This document shows, piece after piece, positions 46,024 to 55,690 of a stretch of DNA of 64,000 bases; the stretch's first letter is position 1, and the number at the start of each line of letters is the position of its first letter. The position numbers were made by a program, and so were the translations under genes. This stretch comes from an uncultured Gemmatimonadota bacterium (GTDB taxonomy: Bacteria; Gemmatimonadota; Gemmatimonadetes; Palauibacterales; Palauibacteraceae): NCBI GenBank assembly GCA_964518305.1, contig CAZFDK010000008.1, forward strand, positions 14,252 to 78,251, in the 5' to 3' direction. The notes beneath the pieces are model-generated. The model saw nothing but the letters and a program-made list of their open reading frames with translations, did no database searches and was not told the DNA's origin.

Positions 46024-46208
46024 GGTCCCGTGCCTCCGGTTCGGCGTTCGCGGATCCGGATCGGCGAGTCCTGGTCGGCGCTCGGCCGGGGCCTCGCCGA
46101 GGGTCGAGGTCGGAGGAGCCCGATGCCCGTTCAAGTTATCCCGCGCCGGGGCTCCATCCACCCCCTCCGCCCCCTGCGCGGAGCGCTCGACCGCGGCGTG
46201 CGTCCGCC

Positions 46209-46589
46209 CTACGGCTCCCGCCACTCCCCGGCCTCCCCGATCTCCTCCGTGGCCCACAGGAACCACACCCAGAACGCCTTGCAGGTGCGGTAGGCGGGGA
46301 AGATCGAGAGGACCACGGCCGCCACGCTGGTCCAGATCACCCACGTCCGGAGCCCGAAGCGCCATCCGAGCAGGGCCAGCGCGACGAGCCCGGAGAGGCC
46401 TCCCACCGTGTAGCCGAGGATGATGGGACCGCCGTAGTGGGCCCCGTGCTCTCCGCGGAGGTCGGTCCCGCAGCTCGGGCACCGATCGTGGATCCGGTGT
46501 CCCTCGCTGAACAGCTCGCCGTCACCGCACCCCGGACACCGATGCCGGAGCGTGGTGCGGGCCAGGCGCTTCCACTCGACCTCGAGCAT
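46209..46589 (-). CDS. DUF983-like protein (zinc-ribbon + 2 TM)
   Basis: CPGCGDGELF...CPSCG followed by two TM helices. The ORF is open to 46637. Confidence 0.65.
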   Translation of the reverse strand: MLEVEWKRLARTTLRHRCPGCGDGELFSEGHRIHDRCPSCGTDLRGEHGAHYGGPIILGYTVGGLSGLVALALLGWRFGLRTWVIWTSVAAVVLSIFPAYRTCKAFWVWFLWATEEIGEAGEWREP

Positions 46590-46708
46590 GCTTCCCCGTC
46601 GCTGCCGTCCCGGGCCACCCGCCGCGGTGTCACGCACGCGGCCCCTGCCCTAGCTTCGGTTCGTCCTGCATCGTCCGCGTCCCTGGTTCCAGCAGCAAGG
46701 GTGACACC

Positions 46709-48820
46709 ATGCCATCTAGCGCATCCCTCCCCCGTTTCTCGGTCGCCTGTGCCGTCGGCGTCCTCCTCGCCCTCGTGGCCCCCGCGCCCCCGGCGGTGTC
46801 ACCGGCCGCGGCCCAGCCGGCCGATGCCGATTCCACGCTCCGGCTGGAGCAGTACCTGGACATGGAGGACGTCTCCGACCCGCGCCTCTCGCCGGACGGA
46901 GACCGGGTGGTCTACGTCCGGAGCTGGATCGACCCCATGCACGACACGCGCAAGTCCGCGATCTGGATCATGAGCGCCGACGGCAGCCGGGACCGTCACC
47001 TGGTGGAGGGAAGCTCCCCGCGGTGGTCTCCCTCCGGCGACCGGCTCGCGTTCCTGGCCTGCGGCACCCCCGGCGGCGACCGGAGCGCCCTGCAGGAGTG
47101 CGGCGAGGACGCCGAGCGCCAGATCTGGGTCCGGATCATGGAAGGCGAGGGCTCGGGATCCGTGACCCAGGTGACGCGGCTCACCGAGGGAGCGGGTGAC
47201 ATCGAGTGGTCCCCGGACGGCGAGCGCATCGCCTTCAGCCGCTTCCTCGAGGACGAGGACACCTACCGGGTGGACCTCCCGGAGCGGCCGGAGGGCGCAG
47301 AGTGGACGGAGGCGCCGCGGGTGGTGGACCGGCTGGACTACCGACAGGACGGCGTCGGCTTCACCCGGGACGGCCACGATCACGTGTTCACGGTCTCCGC
47401 CGGTGGAGGCACACCGAGGCAGGTGACCCACGGCCCCTACGACCACGGGGACCCGCGGTGGAGCCCGGACGGATCGACGATCTACGTGGACGGCCTCCGA
47501 ACCGAGGACGCCGCCTACGAAATCCAGGAGTCCGAAGTCTACGCGGTGGACCTCGACACCCGAGAGATCACGGCCCTCACCGACCGGAACGGCCCGGACG
47601 GCAACCCGGCGCCGGGGCCCGGCGGCGAGTGGATCGCCTATACCGGCGCCGACTCCACCGGCCAGACTTACCAGACCTCCAACCTCTACGTCATGCGCTC
47701 CGACGGCTCCGGCGTCCGGGAGCTGGCCGCCGACTTCGACCGCTCCCCAGGCGATCTCATCTGGGCCCCCGACGGGAGCGGCGTCTACTTCACCGCCGAG
47801 AACCGGGGCACCGAGGACCTGTACTTCGCCGGGGTGAACGACACCTTCCGGCGCGTCACCGAGGGGCAGCACGTGCTGCGCACCACGGACATCGACGACG
47901 ACGGGACGGCCGTGGGCGTGATGGAGACGCCGAGGCGGCCCGACGACCTGGTCACCTTCGAGCTCACGCAGCCGGATCCCGAGTACCGGACCGCCGTGAA
48001 CGAGGACGTCCTGGACGACGTCCAGCTCGGCGACGTGGAGGAGATCTGGTACGAGTCGGCGGACGGGTTCCGGATCCAGGGGTGGATCGTGAAGCCGCCG
48101 AACTTCGATCCCTCCCGGCAGTATCCGCTCATCCTCCACATTCACGGCGGCCCGCACGCCATGTACGACGTGGGCTTCAGCTTCCGCTACCAGCACTTCG
48201 CCTCGGAGGGCTACGTCACCCTGTACACCAACCCCCGGGGATCCACCGGCTACGGCACCGAGTTCGGGAACGCCATCGACCACGCCTACCCCGGCCGGGA
48301 CTACGACGACCTGATGACCGGGGTGGACAGCCTCATCGACCGGGGCTACATCGACTCCGACAACATGCTGGCCACCGGGTGCAGCGGAGGGGGCGTGCTC
48401 TCGAGCTGGATCGTCACCCAGACCGACCGATTCGCCGCCGCCGTGGTCCGCTGCCCCGTCACCGACTGGCTCTCCTTCGTCGGCACCACCGACAGCCCCT
48501 ACTGGTACTACAACTTCCGCGAGTTCCCCTGGGAGGACCCGACCGAGCACCTGGAGCGCTCGCCCCTGATGCAGGTCGGCCAGGTGGAGACGCCGACCCT
48601 GCTCATGACCGGGGTGAACGACCTCCGGACGCCGATGCCCCAGACCGAGGAGTTCTACCAGGCGCTCAAGCTTCGGAAGGTGCCCACGAAGATGATCCGG
48701 ATGGAGGACGAGTGGCACGGCACCGGATCCAACCCGTCGAACTTCATGCGCACCCAGCTCCACATCCTGAAGTGGTTCGAGGAGTACATGAGCGACGACA
48801 TGAAGAAGAGGATGCAGTAA
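46709..48820 (+). CDS. S9-family serine peptidase (prolyl oligopeptidase / acylaminoacyl-peptidase type) with N-terminal beta-propeller
   Basis: Signal peptide. PD40-like WSPDG repeats. Nucleophile elbow GCSGGG. C-terminal D and H context (NDLRTP, EWHG). Confidence 0.9.
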   Translation: MPSSASLPRFSVACAVGVLLALVAPAPPAVSPAAAQPADADSTLRLEQYLDMEDVSDPRLSPDGDRVVYVRSWIDPMHDTRKSAIWIMSADGSRDRHLVEGSSPRWSPSGDRLAFLACGTPGGDRSALQECGEDAERQIWVRIMEGEGSGSVTQVTRLTEGAGDIEWSPDGERIAFSRFLEDEDTYRVDLPERPEGAEWTEAPRVVDRLDYRQDGVGFTRDGHDHVFTVSAGGGTPRQVTHGPYDHGDPRWSPDGSTIYVDGLRTEDAAYEIQESEVYAVDLDTREITALTDRNGPDGNPAPGPGGEWIAYTGADSTGQTYQTSNLYVMRSDGSGVRELAADFDRSPGDLIWAPDGSGVYFTAENRGTEDLYFAGVNDTFRRVTEGQHVLRTTDIDDDGTAVGVMETPRRPDDLVTFELTQPDPEYRTAVNEDVLDDVQLGDVEEIWYESADGFRIQGWIVKPPNFDPSRQYPLILHIHGGPHAMYDVGFSFRYQHFASEGYVTLYTNPRGSTGYGTEFGNAIDHAYPGRDYDDLMTGVDSLIDRGYIDSDNMLATGCSGGGVLSSWIVTQTDRFAAAVVRCPVTDWLSFVGTTDSPYWYYNFREFPWEDPTEHLERSPLMQVGQVETPTLLMTGVNDLRTPMPQTEEFYQALKLRKVPTKMIRMEDEWHGTGSNPSNFMRTQLHILKWFEEYMSDDMKKRMQ

Positions 48821-48866
48821 GCAGCCAGAGGCAGAGGAGGGGGGCGGCCCGGGCCGAGCGCGCCGC

Positions 48867-50723
48867 TCAGCCTCCGGGACCCTCGTCCGCCAGCCCCACG
48901 GCCCGCATCAGCGCCAGGGCGTTGGTGGAGGGCGCCGGCCCGGGCCGGAGCCGGTAGTCGAAGCTGAGCAGCGGCCCCTCCGCCCCCTCGGAGACGTCGC
49001 CGGTGAGGTGCACCACGTCGGCCGCGGACTCCAGCTCCGCCGTGTGGTGCACCCGGAGGTCGTGCGTGGCCACGGCGCCGATTGCACCCGAGTCCAGCAG
49101 CCGTCGGAGCACGATCCTGATTCCCTCGCGGCGCTCCGCCTCGTTGGTGCCCTGCAGCGGCTCGTCCAGGAGGTAGAGGGCCCGGGCCCGGCCGTCGCCC
49201 GCGACTTCGGCCCCCTCCACCACCTGACGCATCCGCCGGAGCTCGGCCATGAACTCCGAGATGCCCTCCGACAGCGAGTCCTCCACCTGCATGGAGGTGT
49301 GGACCTCCAGCGGCGGAATCCGGAGACGGCTGGCGGGCACCGGTGCGCCGGCCTGCGCCAGGACCGCGCTCAAGCCCAAGGAACGCAGCAGCGTGCTCTT
49401 CCCGGACATGTTCGAGCCCGTGACCAGCAGGAAGGTGCCCGGCGGGCCCACCTCGACGTCGTTGCGGATGCATTCGTCGGGCGGCAGCAGCGGATGACCC
49501 AGGTCGGCGGCCTCCAGCGACTCCACCGACCGATCGATGTCCGGGTAGGTCCAGTCGTCGTGGTCCGCGTCCAGGACCGACAGCGCCATCAGGACGTCCA
49601 CCCGGCCCAGCGCGTCGAACCACTCCCGGGCCCGGTCCCCGAAGCGGCGCTGCCACCGCTCCAGCAGCCACAGCAGATGGACGTCCCAGAGAAAGAGCAA
49701 CTGGAGCGGAAGGTGTGCGAGCGCGTTCCGGCGGACGTCCGATGCCGAGATCACCTGTTCCAGCCGCTCCAGGGCCGAGGCGGCATCCGGCGAGCCGCTC
49801 ACCGCCCGACGGGCCTCCTCCAGCAGGTCGGCCTCGCCGGGCACGGAGCCCAGCCTCTCCAGCAGGGACGCGTGTCGACCCGCGTTCTCCTCGCCCAGCG
49901 TGACGCGGTCGAAGACGTGATGGATCCGGGTCGAGGACACGCCGGAGACCGCCAGTGCGGCGACGAGGCCCAGGAGCCACCACGGATAGGCGGTGAATCC
50001 GGCCGCGTGCGCCGCCGCCAGGCCGGCGTTCGCGACAGGCAGCAGGCGGGCGATCCACAGCAGCCAGCCACGCTTCGCGAGCCAGGGCTCACCCTCCGCC
50101 CAGCGGAGGAAGGGCTCCACACGATCCGCCGACGAGACGCCCGCCTGCCGGGCCGCAGCCACCCAGTCCTGGCGGGCGTCCACCTCCGGGGCAAGTGACC
50201 GGACGGCCTCCTGGCGTGACACGACGCCCCCGGGCGCGGCCCGCTCGAGCAGCCAGCGACGGAGACGCTTCGCTCCCGCCGCCGTGGACACCGTGCTCAG
50301 CAGGCGAACGACGGACGCCCGTCCCACCACGTCCAGGTCGTCGGCGTACGGGTGATCCGCCGCCTCCTCTGCCAGGAGTTCGCCGGCGTAGGCCGTTTCC
50401 GGAAGCCCCTCCCACTCCCGACGCAGCCGTGCACTCGCCTCCCGGTTGACGTCCACCAGGTGCTCGATGCGCTCCCTCTCGCGGCGGGCGCGCCGGTGAC
50501 GCACCACGAGGACGGCGAAGACCAGCCCCGCGACGAAGCCGGCCGCGGCCAGGCCCCGGGAGGAGACCCCGGCAGTCCACTCGGCTCCCAGGAGCAGGGC
50601 CAGGGCGACCAGAAAGGAAACGATCCGGCCGGTCGTCAGCCGGTCGAGGCGCCCGGACAGCTCCTCCACCCGCGCCGAGAAACGCTGCTGACGCTCGGAG
50701 TAGCGCCGCTCTGCCGTGCTCAA
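48867..50723 (-). CDS. MutS-related protein (membrane-anchored; MutS domain III/V ATPase only)
   Basis: Two N-terminal TM helices. Walker A GSNMSGKSTLLRS and DEPLQGTN (Walker B). No mismatch-binding domain. Confidence 0.8.
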   Translation of the reverse strand: MSTAERRYSERQQRFSARVEELSGRLDRLTTGRIVSFLVALALLLGAEWTAGVSSRGLAAAGFVAGLVFAVLVVRHRRARRERERIEHLVDVNREASARLRREWEGLPETAYAGELLAEEAADHPYADDLDVVGRASVVRLLSTVSTAAGAKRLRRWLLERAAPGGVVSRQEAVRSLAPEVDARQDWVAAARQAGVSSADRVEPFLRWAEGEPWLAKRGWLLWIARLLPVANAGLAAAHAAGFTAYPWWLLGLVAALAVSGVSSTRIHHVFDRVTLGEENAGRHASLLERLGSVPGEADLLEEARRAVSGSPDAASALERLEQVISASDVRRNALAHLPLQLLFLWDVHLLWLLERWQRRFGDRAREWFDALGRVDVLMALSVLDADHDDWTYPDIDRSVESLEAADLGHPLLPPDECIRNDVEVGPPGTFLLVTGSNMSGKSTLLRSLGLSAVLAQAGAPVPASRLRIPPLEVHTSMQVEDSLSEGISEFMAELRRMRQVVEGAEVAGDGRARALYLLDEPLQGTNEAERREGIRIVLRRLLDSGAIGAVATHDLRVHHTAELESAADVVHLTGDVSEGAEGPLLSFDYRLRPGPAPSTNALALMRAVGLADEGPGG

Positions 50724-50788
50724 CCCACCGTCCTCTTCCTATCGCCTCGGACGGCCGGTGCCGGCTTCCTCCGGGGACGGAGGCGGGC

Positions 50789-51328
50789 TCACTGGTCGGT
50801 TCGCCGCTCCACGAGGTCTTTCACGCTCAGCACCTCCAGGTCCGTCTGCTCCATCACCAGGTCGGCCAGGCGGACGGCGCGGTCCCGGCTCGCCACGAAC
50901 CACCAGTTCGAGTACTCCACCCGGGCGCGGAGCCGCCCCTCCGGGTCGTGCAGACGTAGCTCGTCGTGATCGGCATCGAAGCGCCAGTCCGTGGGAGTAC
51001 GGACACCGCTCACCACCAGGCGCGAGATGAGCGCACTCCACACCAGGTTCCGCAGGGAATCCTGAAGGAGACTGCGGAGCGCGGTCACGGGGTAATCGCG
51101 GAGCACGCGGATGCGACCGCCCCGCACGGTGCCACCGATGTCCTCCGACTCCACGCCGGTCTCCAGATCCGTGATCCTCCAGCTGTCCCCGTGATCCAGG
51201 ATGTCGAGCTCCGGACTGACAATGCCCAGGGCATGCTCGGCGGCGCCCGGAGAGACACCGATCCGATAGTCGGCGCCCTCCTCCGGACGGTGGAGAGCGA
51301 CCTCCACCGGCAGGCGCGGGGGCCTCAT
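50789..51328 (-). CDS. Hypothetical protein (179 aa)
   Basis: ATG 5 nt after GGGAGGGG. The longer listed ORF overlaps the upstream gene. No recognised domain. Confidence 0.5.
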   Translation of the reverse strand: MRPPRLPVEVALHRPEEGADYRIGVSPGAAEHALGIVSPELDILDHGDSWRITDLETGVESEDIGGTVRGGRIRVLRDYPVTALRSLLQDSLRNLVWSALISRLVVSGVRTPTDWRFDADHDELRLHDPEGRLRARVEYSNWWFVASRDRAVRLADLVMEQTDLEVLSVKDLVERRTDQ

Positions 51329-51365
51329 CCAACCCCTCCCGCGGGCGCTCGCTGCATGGCTGACA

Positions 51366-51602
51366 TCACTGCGTGAAGAAGTCGAAGATGTCTCCGAGCA
51401 CGCCCTGCTCGACCTTGTACAGCTCCGTGTAACGGCACTCCTCGCAGGTGACGGTCGTGAAGCGGTTTCGCTGCACGTCGAAGATCTTGCTGAAGATGCC
51501 GCCCGTCGCCCGCATCTCGTCGACCTCGTACCCCGCGCCCCCACACTTCGGGCAGGTGAAGGAGAGGTCCTCCGACGGATCGGCGCCGCTCCCTCCGATC
51601 AT
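51366..51602 (-). CDS. Zinc-ribbon domain protein
   Basis: CPKCGG...CEECRYTELY (two CxxC knuckles). GGGAG SD 8 nt upstream. Confidence 0.6.
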   Translation of the reverse strand: MIGGSGADPSEDLSFTCPKCGGAGYEVDEMRATGGIFSKIFDVQRNRFTTVTCEECRYTELYKVEQGVLGDIFDFFTQ

Positions 51603-51711
51603 CTCTGCGCTCCCGGCTCGGTGGCGATCTACAGACGTCTTCGGACGCACCCATCAATCGTGCGCACGAGTCTCTGGCCGGCGCAAGCGGGTGCGTCGTA
51701 CCGGTTCCGCG

Positions 51712-52407
51712 TCACCCGCCTCCAGCGGCCTGCAACACGGAGAGGTCGTCGTTCGACGGGTCGTTCACGCGTCGGCTGATGGGCTGCAGCTCCAGCCCCT
51801 CCGGCTCGATGGGTGCGAGGATCTCCCGGAGCTCCTCCTCCTCCGACGCCGGGTCGAGCCACCGCTCGTAGTCACCGGGGAGAAGGAATGCGGGCTGGCG
51901 GTCGTGCACCGTGGCCACCAGGTCGGAGGCGTCGGTGGTGAGGATCGTGTACGACCGGACGTAGTCGCCCTCGGCGCCCTCGTCCTTCTCGCCCCAGCGC
52001 TCCCAGAGTCCCGCGAACGCAAACGGGCGGTCGTCCTCGAGGCGGACGTGGAAGGGCTGCTTGGGCCCGCCGTTCCCGGCCTGCCACTCGTAGAAGCCGT
52101 CCGCCGGAACGAGGCACCGCCGCTTCCGGAAGGCCTCCCGAAACGAAGGCTTCTCGGGGGCCGACTCGGCCCGGGCGTTGATGAGCGTCGGGAAGTCGTC
52201 GGGGTCGTCGACCCAGAACGGGACCAGTCCCCACCGCCCTCCGGCGAGCTGCCGACTGCCGTCCTCGGCAGAGCGGACGAAGAGCGCGTCCTGCGTCGGG
52301 GCGATGTTGTAACGGGGCCCCGGCCAGGTCAGGTCGTCGAGGGGTGTGGCGTCGAAGGCGTCGGCCACCTCCTCGGCGCTCCGACGCAGGGTATAGCGTC
52401 CGCACAT
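51712..52407 (-). CDS. SOS-response-associated peptidase (SRAP/YedK family, abasic-site processing)
   Basis: Starts MCGRY (catalytic Cys2). NIAPTQ, RWGLVPFW, INARAES and PADGFYEW motifs. Confidence 0.87.
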   Translation of the reverse strand: MCGRYTLRRSAEEVADAFDATPLDDLTWPGPRYNIAPTQDALFVRSAEDGSRQLAGGRWGLVPFWVDDPDDFPTLINARAESAPEKPSFREAFRKRRCLVPADGFYEWQAGNGGPKQPFHVRLEDDRPFAFAGLWERWGEKDEGAEGDYVRSYTILTTDASDLVATVHDRQPAFLLPGDYERWLDPASEEEELREILAPIEPEGLELQPISRRVNDPSNDDLSVLQAAGGG

Positions 52408-52641
52408 CGTCGGGCAGGCTCCCGGTCGTGGTGGATTCGGAAGGCGTTTCCCCCATACAGGTTGCCGGGTGGGGCAGCCGCCCACCACCCCGTCCCGGCA
52501 GGAGCGCCGAACCGGCATGGATCCTCTGCGTTCCGGACGCCGTTCCCATACTGTGGCCGAGGACGCGGGATCCCGTGGGGTGGCTCACGGGGTCCGGGTC
52601 CCGGACTCATGCTCAGATCACCACGGAACGCGGAGGTCGCC

Positions 52642-53298
52642 ATGAGAGAGGGACACATCCTGGAAGCGCTGGCCGTGCTGGCGGCAGGAAGCCTCGTCCT
52701 CATCGCATGGATTTTGGCCGCCCGGCCCGAAGGGGCCTGGGTGGCCCTGGCCGCCGGGATCCAGGCACTGGCCACGGTCCTGCTCGTGACCGTTGCTATC
52801 TCGCTCACTTCGATGGTCGAGCAGCAGACCGAATCGTCGCGGGAGAACGTCGACCGGCTGGTGCGCCGGGATCGGGAGAAGAAGCTCCGCAGTCTGCGCA
52901 CGGTGCACGCGGCGATGACGAGCCTCGCGAACGAGGCGCGACGGTGGGACGTCCGCGACGACATCCTGAGGCTCGCCCGGCAGGGTACACTGCCCGACGA
53001 TCACCTGGAGCCGGACAACCTGCTGGAGATCCGGGACGGCGCGGCAACCCTCGGCGCGGAACCCTACGAGGCCGTCCGGGGGGCGGTCCAGTCGGCCCGC
53101 TCCGCCCGGCACTCCCTGGACGTGCTCCGACGGTGGGGAGGCCGCGCTGCCGGAGAGGAGACCCGGGACGAGATCGAACGCCTCGATCGCTCGCTGGCCG
53201 ACGTCCGGGAGGACGCTCGCCGCGGCGCCGCCGCGGCCGAGGAGGAGGCCGCAGAGCTGGAGGAATGGATCGACGGGGACGGTGGCCGCGCACCGTAG
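52642..53298 (+). CDS. Hypothetical membrane protein (2 TM + helical/coiled-coil cytoplasmic region)
   Basis: ATG 5 nt after GGAGG. LAVLAAGSLVLIAWILAA and ALATVLLVTVAISL. Confidence 0.5.
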   Translation: MREGHILEALAVLAAGSLVLIAWILAARPEGAWVALAAGIQALATVLLVTVAISLTSMVEQQTESSRENVDRLVRRDREKKLRSLRTVHAAMTSLANEARRWDVRDDILRLARQGTLPDDHLEPDNLLEIRDGAATLGAEPYEAVRGAVQSARSARHSLDVLRRWGGRAAGEETRDEIERLDRSLADVREDARRGAAAAEEEAAELEEWIDGDGGRAP

Positions 53299-53421
53299 CA
53301 CCGGAATCAGCCTCCTGAGTGACCGTCAGCTCCCTCCCCTGTGCGCGGAGCTCCGAGGGTGCGGAGAAGAGTGCGACCGCGGCTTTCCACGCATCCCCCT
53401 CTTTGGAAGTCGGAGCGACCG

Positions 53422-54780
53422 TCACGTCTCCGTGAGCACCTCCTCCTCCGGGTCCACCGGAAGGACCCGGATCGTCCGCTGCCGAATCCAGTTGCGCAGG
53501 GGCTGGAAGAAAGCTCCGGAGAGGATCGCAGCCGCGGCGGTACCGATCGTACCCGAGCGGGTACCCGCCAGCGCCTGTTGGACTGCCTCGCTCACGACGG
53601 CCTCCGTGGCGGCGAAGAGCGCGAACAGGGCACCCGTCGTGCTGAAGTAGATGACAGTTCCCCGGATCACCCTATCCACGTCGAACAGGTCGTGCCGAAA
53701 AATGGCGACCAGCAACCCGGCGGCGATCAGCAAGTACAGGTAATTCCGGTACGGATAGAGCACGCTCCCACCCACTCCGTCGGCCCACAGCACCACGGCG
53801 TTCGCGAGCAGATCGATGCCCCCCGTAAGCAGCACAGCCCAGAGCACCCACTTGATCTGGTCCCGGAGCCGCTCCGCCTCCAGTCGCCGCCAGCTGATCA
53901 GCATGAATCCACCGCAGGCGATGAAGTCGACGATGTGCAGCCACTGGCCGATCACGTTCCACTGCAAGGACTCGAGCACGGGCGGCATGAGGGCGTAAGG
54001 AGCGTCGGTGGAGAGGAGGCCCCGGAGGAAAATCGCCTGTCCCACCAGGTAGCTCGCCACGAAGTACAGGCCGTAGGTGCCCCGAAGCACCCGGCGACGG
54101 GTCCGGTCCGAGAGCGTCGGTACGGGGAAGATGACACCGAAGTGGATCAGAAGGGCCGGTCCCAGAAAACCGCCCAGGAGGTACGCCTGGTAGACGATGA
54201 CCCCGAGCGGGGTGTCGAGCGCCATCCACCGGTTGGCCAGGAAGAGAACGGATGGTGTGAGGGCGAAGATCGTGTAGGCCAGATGACGGACGTGTTTGCG
54301 GTCGGACCGGGCCCAGAGCAGGAAGCAGGCGATCGCCCAGAAGACGCCGAACACGACAACCCGGGAGACCAGGTTGGAACTTCGGGAGCCAACGAAGGTG
54401 GCTGTGAGGGACTGGCGCTCCCCGGCCCGGAGGACGATCCACTCCGCCGCCTCCCCCTCCTTGTATCGGTTGATCAGGTCCAGCTTGAAGACGGCGGCCC
54501 GGTCCCGAACCTCCCCGGCGTCCGGGACGCTGACCGGCCCCACCGCCAGCAGTGTGTCGCCGGGTTCGATGCCCGCGGCCGCCGCCGAGCCCTCCGCCTC
54601 CACCGATTTGACCTCGGCGCCGGTGTCGGAAAGCGGCTCGAGGTCCAATCCGAGCTGCGGTACAGCGAACTGCCAGCCCACCGCGGGCACCGAGAGGGCG
54701 AACAGAGCCACGGCGACGACGGCAGCAAAGGCCACGGAGCGGGGATTCGGCTCGACATCGCTCTGATCCGGGTTCGTCAT
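53422..54780 (-). CDS. PDZ-domain multi-pass membrane sensor-like protein without output domain
   Basis: N-terminal TM, then PDZ-like GAEVKSVEAEGSAAAAGIEPGDTLLAVG, then ~7 TM with the FRHDLFDVDRVIRGTVIYF and FFQPLRNWIRQR motifs that normally precede kinase domains. GC3 is visibly lower than in the neighbouring genes. Confidence 0.7.
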   Translation of the reverse strand: MTNPDQSDVEPNPRSVAFAAVVAVALFALSVPAVGWQFAVPQLGLDLEPLSDTGAEVKSVEAEGSAAAAGIEPGDTLLAVGPVSVPDAGEVRDRAAVFKLDLINRYKEGEAAEWIVLRAGERQSLTATFVGSRSSNLVSRVVVFGVFWAIACFLLWARSDRKHVRHLAYTIFALTPSVLFLANRWMALDTPLGVIVYQAYLLGGFLGPALLIHFGVIFPVPTLSDRTRRRVLRGTYGLYFVASYLVGQAIFLRGLLSTDAPYALMPPVLESLQWNVIGQWLHIVDFIACGGFMLISWRRLEAERLRDQIKWVLWAVLLTGGIDLLANAVVLWADGVGGSVLYPYRNYLYLLIAAGLLVAIFRHDLFDVDRVIRGTVIYFSTTGALFALFAATEAVVSEAVQQALAGTRSGTIGTAAAAILSGAFFQPLRNWIRQRTIRVLPVDPEEEVLTET

Positions 54781-55179
54781 GAGAACACCACAGTGCTTCC
54801 GTGGCGCGTCTCCTGATGGTGGGCTTCAGCCCCGAGTCCCCGCCATCCAGACGTGAGCGACCGCAACCTGGCGGCGGTCGTAGAGCTCAGAATCGGACGC
54901 AACGCCGAGGATACGAGCAGGACGCCGACGACCCGGCTCGCTCGCACCATGTCGACTGTCCGCCGCTTCAGCTCCACGAGCACCAGCCGGTGGCACTGGA
55001 AGGACCCTTCAGCCGCAGGACTCACCCGGCCGCTGAGAAGTGTCACCCGTCCCGAGCATCCGGTACGGTCACGGACGTCGGCGCGGGACGCAAGGAAGCT
55101 CACCGCTACGCCTTCAGACATCTGCCTCGGGGCCCCACCACTCACCTCACTGACCAGCGTCTCCGCGTCCCTGCCAACG

Positions 55180-55665
55180 TCAGCCCCCGTCAGTCATCGT
55201 CCGCGCTCTGTTCTTCGTCTGACGCAGGAACTGGATGAAATCGGTGTTCACGGGCTCCTCGCCGGCCCGGCGCAGCTCCCGGGCGATCTGCCCGCGGTGA
55301 TAGGTCCCGTGGAGCATGACGTGGAGCAGGATCTCCCCGACCGGGGTCTCGAACTCGGTCCCGCTGGAGTTGCGGTAGGTCACGGCGCGGCGGAGCCCCG
55401 CCTCGGAGACGGACTCTGCGAAGATCCGGTACCGCTCGAGGTTCTCCTGCATCAGCCGCTCGCACTCGTCGACGGTCAGGTCCGGCCAGATCTCGAGCTG
55501 CGAGCTGTCATCGGTGCGGATGCGGGTCATCCACACCCGCTCGGTGGCGAGCACGTGGGCCAGCAGCTTCAGGCTCTCCTCCTCGCCGGTCTCCCGCACC
55601 GCCTCGAGGGCTCGCGCGTTGGCCCACTCCATATGATCCAGCAGGCGCTCCAGCCAGTCCTTCAT
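55180..55665 (-). CDS. DinB-family protein (DinB_2)
   Basis: LLDHMEWANARAL...LLAHVLATERVW...LHVMLHGTYHRGQI. Confidence 0.8.
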   Translation of the reverse strand: MKDWLERLLDHMEWANARALEAVRETGEEESLKLLAHVLATERVWMTRIRTDDSSQLEIWPDLTVDECERLMQENLERYRIFAESVSEAGLRRAVTYRNSSGTEFETPVGEILLHVMLHGTYHRGQIARELRRAGEEPVNTDFIQFLRQTKNRARTMTDGG

Positions 55666-55690
55666 CGGACCTCTGTCGAGTCGAAGTTCC

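Noticed and set aside
54777-55145. 122-codon minus-strand ORF whose stop overlaps the PDZ-7TM start (ATGA).
   Set aside because: GC3 is ~75% by hand count, there is no motif, and the sequence is low-complexity and Arg/Ser-rich. The ATGA overlap is suggestive but could arise by chance. Not called as a gene without expression or conservation data.
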